Source of the DNA: Octopus sinensis
Taxonomy: Eukaryota
NCBI RefSeq assembly: GCF_006345805.1
Contig: NW_021835267.1
Location: 1-57,851 of the forward strand
Reading direction: 5' to 3'
DNA: 57,851 nucleotides
Shown here: in pieces, positions 52,667 through 57,851 of the stretch
Position numbering within the stretch: position 1 is the first letter of the stretch
Layout: the number at the start of each line of letters is the position of its first letter
The notes under the pieces: model-generated
Seen by the model: only the letters and a program-made list of their open reading frames with translations
The model's database searches: none
Told to the model about the DNA's origin: nothing
Program-made: the position numbers and the translations under genes

Positions 52667-53184
52667 TCAATATTAGGAATGCAACTTCAGTCAGTCATAG
52701 ATACTCGTTTGTCGGTTCACCAAAATCTATAAAATAAGATACTAAGTAGTTGGAACGTTAGCATGTCGGGTGGCTCCATGCAGAAACTATCAGACCAGTA
52801 CTAAAATCCGTTTTGCTTGCCTACTTTTGACCCATATTGTGTTTATTTCTGGAAGAAATTGTTTCTGAAAGTTAAAATTGCTATAGACACGCCATATTTC
52901 CTCACGATGTCCTAACGGATTCACCAGATGCTGAGGGCTAAAGAAACGGAATGCAGTATGGTAATGATGTATTTACCCCAGGAGCTTTCACAAAATTTAA
53001 ATACGATTATGTCTTTTAATTATTCTGAAGCCTGAAGCTCGCTGAACCGGGATTCCAAGCTATAGATTCTTCAGCTTATACTTAAACACAGCGCATACAC
53101 TCTCTGTCTCTCTGTCTCTCTCTCTCAGCCACACACACATATTCACTCATATAGACAAACACACTTTATAAAATGGTAATAGTA

Positions 53185-53227
<43 letters not shown>

Positions 53228-53394
53228 ATATATAACGTATTGATATACATCAGTTGTGATAAGCTGAAAAATAGGATTAAGGAAAGAAAAGGAAGATAAG
53301 AAATACAGAGAATAACGAAAATGGAAGAAGTTAAGATATCGAACGATAACGAATACAATAAATTACTGATAACAAACACTACAATAACTATTAT

Positions 53395-53475
53395 AATGCA
53401 TATGTATATATATATACATCTGCGTCTGTGAATGTGTGTTTGTGTGTGTGGGCATATATGTTAATGTATGTATGC

Positions 53476-53561
<86 letters not shown>

Positions 53562-53637
53562 GTATATGTATATATATGTATATATATATATATGTGTGTG
53601 TGTATGTGTATGTGTGTATATGTTAATGTATGTATGC

Positions 53638-53676
<39 letters not shown>

Positions 53677-53710
53677 TTATGTGTTTGTGTGTTCATGTGG
53701 ATGTGTGTTT
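53395..53710. repeat. (TA)n/(TG)n compound microsatellite
   Basis: Direct reading. Confidence 0.95.
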
Positions 53711-53979
53711 GAAGAATTGAAATATGTAAAGTAAAGAAGACAGCAAAATTGAAATACATAAAAACAAATTGGCAGACAATATGGAAGAGTGAATTATGGA
53801 AGACAAGTGTTTATGGTGAATTTCTAATAGAAATCTGGATTATGTTAAGATTTTCGAATGATCTGCTAACTTTCTACGTGGCTTTCTATGAAATACTCAA
53901 TGAAATAGAAAAAACACAAAATTAGCGAGCGGAGAGGAAACAGAAGTGATTGCCTGATAGTTAGATAGATAGATAAAAA

Positions 53980-53980
<1 letters not shown>

Positions 53981-54058
<78 letters not shown>
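53981..54058. repeat. (GA)n microsatellite
   Basis: Direct reading. Confidence 0.95.
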
Positions 54059-54702
54059 GGGTGGGGGAGAAGGAGAAAAGAGATCGTGAATGATAGTAAG
54101 AGTGCGTGGGCGCGTGTTTATGTGTGAAAGTGTGCGAGTGGGTGGATGGCGGGTGGACTGTGATTGGTGGATTGATTTTCGAGAAGGAATAAAGTGAAAT
54201 GGGGGTAACAACGATGGTTAAATCACATTATTTTTTATATTTTTTGTGTGATGAAGATAAAACGAAAGTGAAATGTGTTTGGCGAAAGAAATAGAAAAAC
54301 AAAACAAAACAAAACAAAAACAAACAAATGAGAAACAACAAAATTAACAAAACAAAAGAAAATAATTCAAAGCATTAAAGCGATAAGGTGCTTCTTAATA
54401 TTATTATGTAAGTTGAAGAGAAAACTACTCCTACGACATACATAATGTCTTTAAAGAAATATATAAAATTCAATTATATATGAATTAAGATTGGCAAATC
54501 TCTTCGCGATGGTAAAACTGATTCTTTCGTGTGCGGCAACGCAGATACGACGGGAGAAAAGAGTCATCGCTCATCTTGCACTCTTATTGAAGAGTCTTCT
54601 CTGTCATCGTCCATCGACATTAGAAAAAATTTGTAAATGGACGTTGCCGTTATATATATTTCTGAAATATAACACACACAAACACACATGCACACAAGAC
54701 TG

Positions 54703-54783
<81 letters not shown>

Positions 54784-54945
54784 TACACACATACCAGTAC
54801 TTCTGTCAGTTTCCGTCAACCAAATCCACTCACAAAGCCTTGGTCGGCCTGAGGTTATGGATAAATACACTTGGTGGAGGTGCCACGCAATGGAACGGAA
54901 ACTGGAACTATATGGTTGGGAAGCAGACTTCTTACAACACAACCT
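54703..54945 (-). mobile_element. (CT)n tract plus SINE family C 5' half
   Basis: TCAGTTTCCGTCAACCAAATCCACTCACAAAG...TGGTTGGGAAGCAGACTTCTTAC. Confidence 0.75.
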
Positions 54946-55188
54946 CTACTACGAAAATATTTTGTTCGAAAGTGAAAATCGTAGAACTTAAGACAAATGT
55001 TGACAGTTATTATATAATAAGAACCTAATACCATTTCAAGATAGTCAGATGGTAGACATCTTGAATTATCATTATTGATAATGGAAGATAAAATGCTTTT
55101 GGCCTGGTAGATATTATGTGTCTTATGAAATGTTGAGTTGAGAACAACAATGGTCACTTAAAGAGAAGTTCTTTTGTTGAATTTAAAG

Positions 55189-55286
55189 TGGTCACGCAAT
55201 ATCTTCTGATCCGGCAGCCATTGACATTTGTTCCATATGAAGATGACCTCAAACAGGACCGGTTTATACGACGTAGAGAACACTTG
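55189..55286 (+). CDS. Candidate internal coding exon (VTQYLLIRQPLTFVPYEDDLKQDRFIRRREHL), product unknown
   Basis: 98 nt between AG (55187-55188) and consensus donor TTG|GTAAGT; only one frame open; GC-richer than its flanks. Confidence 0.4.
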
Positions 55287-55993
55287 GTAAGTATGAGAAA
55301 TTAAGTTATAACATTATAGGAAGACGAACGAGTATTTATAATTAAAAACCGCAATGAGTATATTTGTGATATTCATTGAAAATATGATTGCAGTTTGATT
55401 TATATAATCAGATGTTAAGTAGCAACGTTAGAAGTCCACGTCTAATTTATCATGAAATACCCCGACAACAATATCAACAACTACAACAACTTCAAGAAAT
55501 ATTACCTGATAAATTATTTGACAATAATCGAATTCAATTAAGCTGTTGATTAACGTATCCCTTTTCAATATCAACATATATTTTACAAACACCCACACGC
55601 ACACACACACACACTCATTCACACAGACGCACGCACACGCACACACACGTACAATCGCACGAACACACATACTTGTGTTATATATATATATACATACACA
55701 TATACATAAGTATATACACATATTTATATATATATATATATATATTATATTATATAATATGTCTGTGTGTGTGTGTCTGCACGCGTGTACGTGCCTCTGT
55801 GTGTTATAATATATATATATATATATACTAAGTATATATATATATATATATATATACGTATATAGATAGGTCACTAGCAGGCCTTAGAAGCCATATGTGA
55901 CATTATATGAATTGGAGAGAGCAAACTTGAGACGTTTCTTAGAATGAAACCGGTTTCGAAAACGGTCTTTTCTCGGTCACAACTCGATTACCT

Positions 55994-56170
55994 CTATGTA
56001 TGTATGTATGTATGTATGTATGTATGTATGTATGTATGTATGTATGTATGTATGTATGTATGTATGTATGCATGTATGTATGTAGGTGTATATATTCATG
56101 CACTCATATATATACACACACACATATATATATATACACAATATATATACACACATATACGCATATATAT
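55994..56170. repeat. (TATG)n and TA/CA microsatellite
   Basis: Direct reading. Confidence 0.95.
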
Positions 56171-56581
56171 GCCTGTATCTGTATTTCTAATGTATATACA
56201 TTATACAAACGTTTCACGGCTGAGTATACGCAAGACGTTATCTCCAACCATTTTATTGTCACTGATTAAACGCTTTGTTAAATAGTCAATATTAGTATCT
56301 CGATATCACAATGGTGGAACGGAATCGTTTTGATGTCTTACTGCAAGTCTGGTCACAGAACATTCTAAAAGACTCGACCTCCACCTCCGCCAACGACTCG
56401 GCCATCTTTCATACACCATTTCAACAAAAGCATTGACTCGGTTGAATTCAAAACTGGTCATTTGGGAACGCAGCATGCTTCACTTGGTTATCACCATTAT
56501 AAGTCCACCGCTAGTTTTTGCTGACCCAATTTCACAATAATCTTCTCTTTTACATTCAAACATTCAAACATTCAAATATAC

Positions 56582-56749
56582 CACACACACACACACACAC
56601 ACATACACACACACACATACACGCACACACACACACACACTCACACACACACACATACACACACACATACACACACACATACACACACACATACACGCAC
56701 ACGCACTCACACACTCTCACACACACACACACATACACACAAATACACA

Positions 56750-56798
<49 letters not shown>
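56582..56798. repeat. (CA)n microsatellite
   Basis: Direct reading. Confidence 0.97.
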
Positions 56799-56801
<3 letters not shown>

Positions 56802-57243
56802 CGTTTGTGCATTATTCTCATTTCTGAACATTAGACCTCGACCATGCTGGGTTATCGTCGACGGTAAAGTGTTTCCGTTGATTATATCGACTCCATAAAC
56901 ATGTCTAGATAGATGTAGTATTTCTTATTTCAACATTCTAGTAACATTGAAATGCCGAGTGGGTAGAATATTCGCCTGAAGGTATCGGTTTTAACAGCTA
57001 CGCTGCTATAAACACACACATACACACACACGTATACATTGACACACACACAGAACGCACACGCTACCCACTTATGCACATTTGAATAGAGAGACCTAGG
57101 TTGCCAAATATCTAGCCCCCTCATTTACTAAAAACCAACTGCAGAGAGTGGGCTGTGTGGAAGTAACATAGAAACAACGTTAATAACATGGCCTCAGCAT
57201 TAACAACGTTAATAACTAGTCCTTATTATGGCTGGGTTCCAAA

Positions 57244-57595
57244 GGTGGTGCGCTGGCTGAATTATTAGCACGCTGGATGAAATGCTTAGCGGTATTTCGT
57301 CTGTCGCTACGTTCTGAGTTCAAATCCCGCCGAGGTCGACTTTGCCTTTCATCCTTTCGGGGTCGATAAATTAAGTACCAGTTACTGACTGGGATCGATG
57401 TAATCGACTTAATCCGTTTGTCTGTCCTTGTTTGTCTCCTCTATGTTTAGCTCCTTGTGGGTAGTAAAGAATTATGTCGGCCGTTACGTTCTGAATTCTA
57501 ATTCCGCCGAGGTCGACTTTACCTTTCCTCCTTTCTGGGTCGATAAATTAAGTACCAGTACCTCAAATTTCAGGCCTTGCGCCCATAACAGAAAG
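57244..57595 (+). mobile_element. SINE family B with LINE-like tail plus a tandem partial copy
   Basis: Same architecture as 47469-47822. Confidence 0.9.
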
Positions 57596-57851
57596 GATTA
57601 TCGCTGGGTTCCAACAAGGACCACGGCAACAAAGTCCACCCGTCACACTTCTCGGTCCATTTACTGCCACGAGATCCTAGTGCATTTATATATATTATAT
57701 ATATATAATATATATATATATATAATATTCAACAATTGAGGGTAAAATTAATTAATTAATCAATTTCACCAAGTATTCAGTATGCAAAGGGACCATTTAA
57801 GGGCGAATTCAAATTATTACATTATATAAAAGGCTTAGTAAAATAAATTAC

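Noticed and set aside
55240-55268. ATGAAGATGACCT...AGGACCGGTT resembling a decayed Penelope hammerhead
   Set aside because: No GAAA; better explained as part of the exon candidate, though the resemblance lowers confidence in that exon slightly.

Overview
Eukaryotic, AT-rich, almost entirely non-coding animal DNA packed with microsatellites and retroposons. The repeat families resemble those I associate with octopus/coleoid cephalopod genomes (an inference, not verified). The only clear protein-coding homology is to retroelements: a 5'-truncated, frameshifted L1/Tx1-type LINE (~18126-21180, +) and an RT fragment of the same family (~52405-52666, -). Three tRNA-headed SINE families occur in many, often nested, copies. 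There are several fold-back/MITE-like elements, local duplications and two low-confidence host exon candidates (48683-48773, 55189-55286). Nearly all listed ORFs are microsatellite artefacts. The most notable signal is a set of minimal type-I hammerhead ribozyme motifs (CUGAUGA-stem II-GAAA-short/palindromic stem III-NUH) of the kind known from Penelope-like elements. Two sit in small head-to-head fold-back insertions with 12-14 bp target-site duplications. One of these (41595-41999) joins a tRNA-like Pol III head, an (AAU)n spacer and an intact-looking hammerhead, i.e. a candidate self-cleaving, Penelope-mobilised SINE/retrozyme. All calls were made by eye; most boundaries are approximate.
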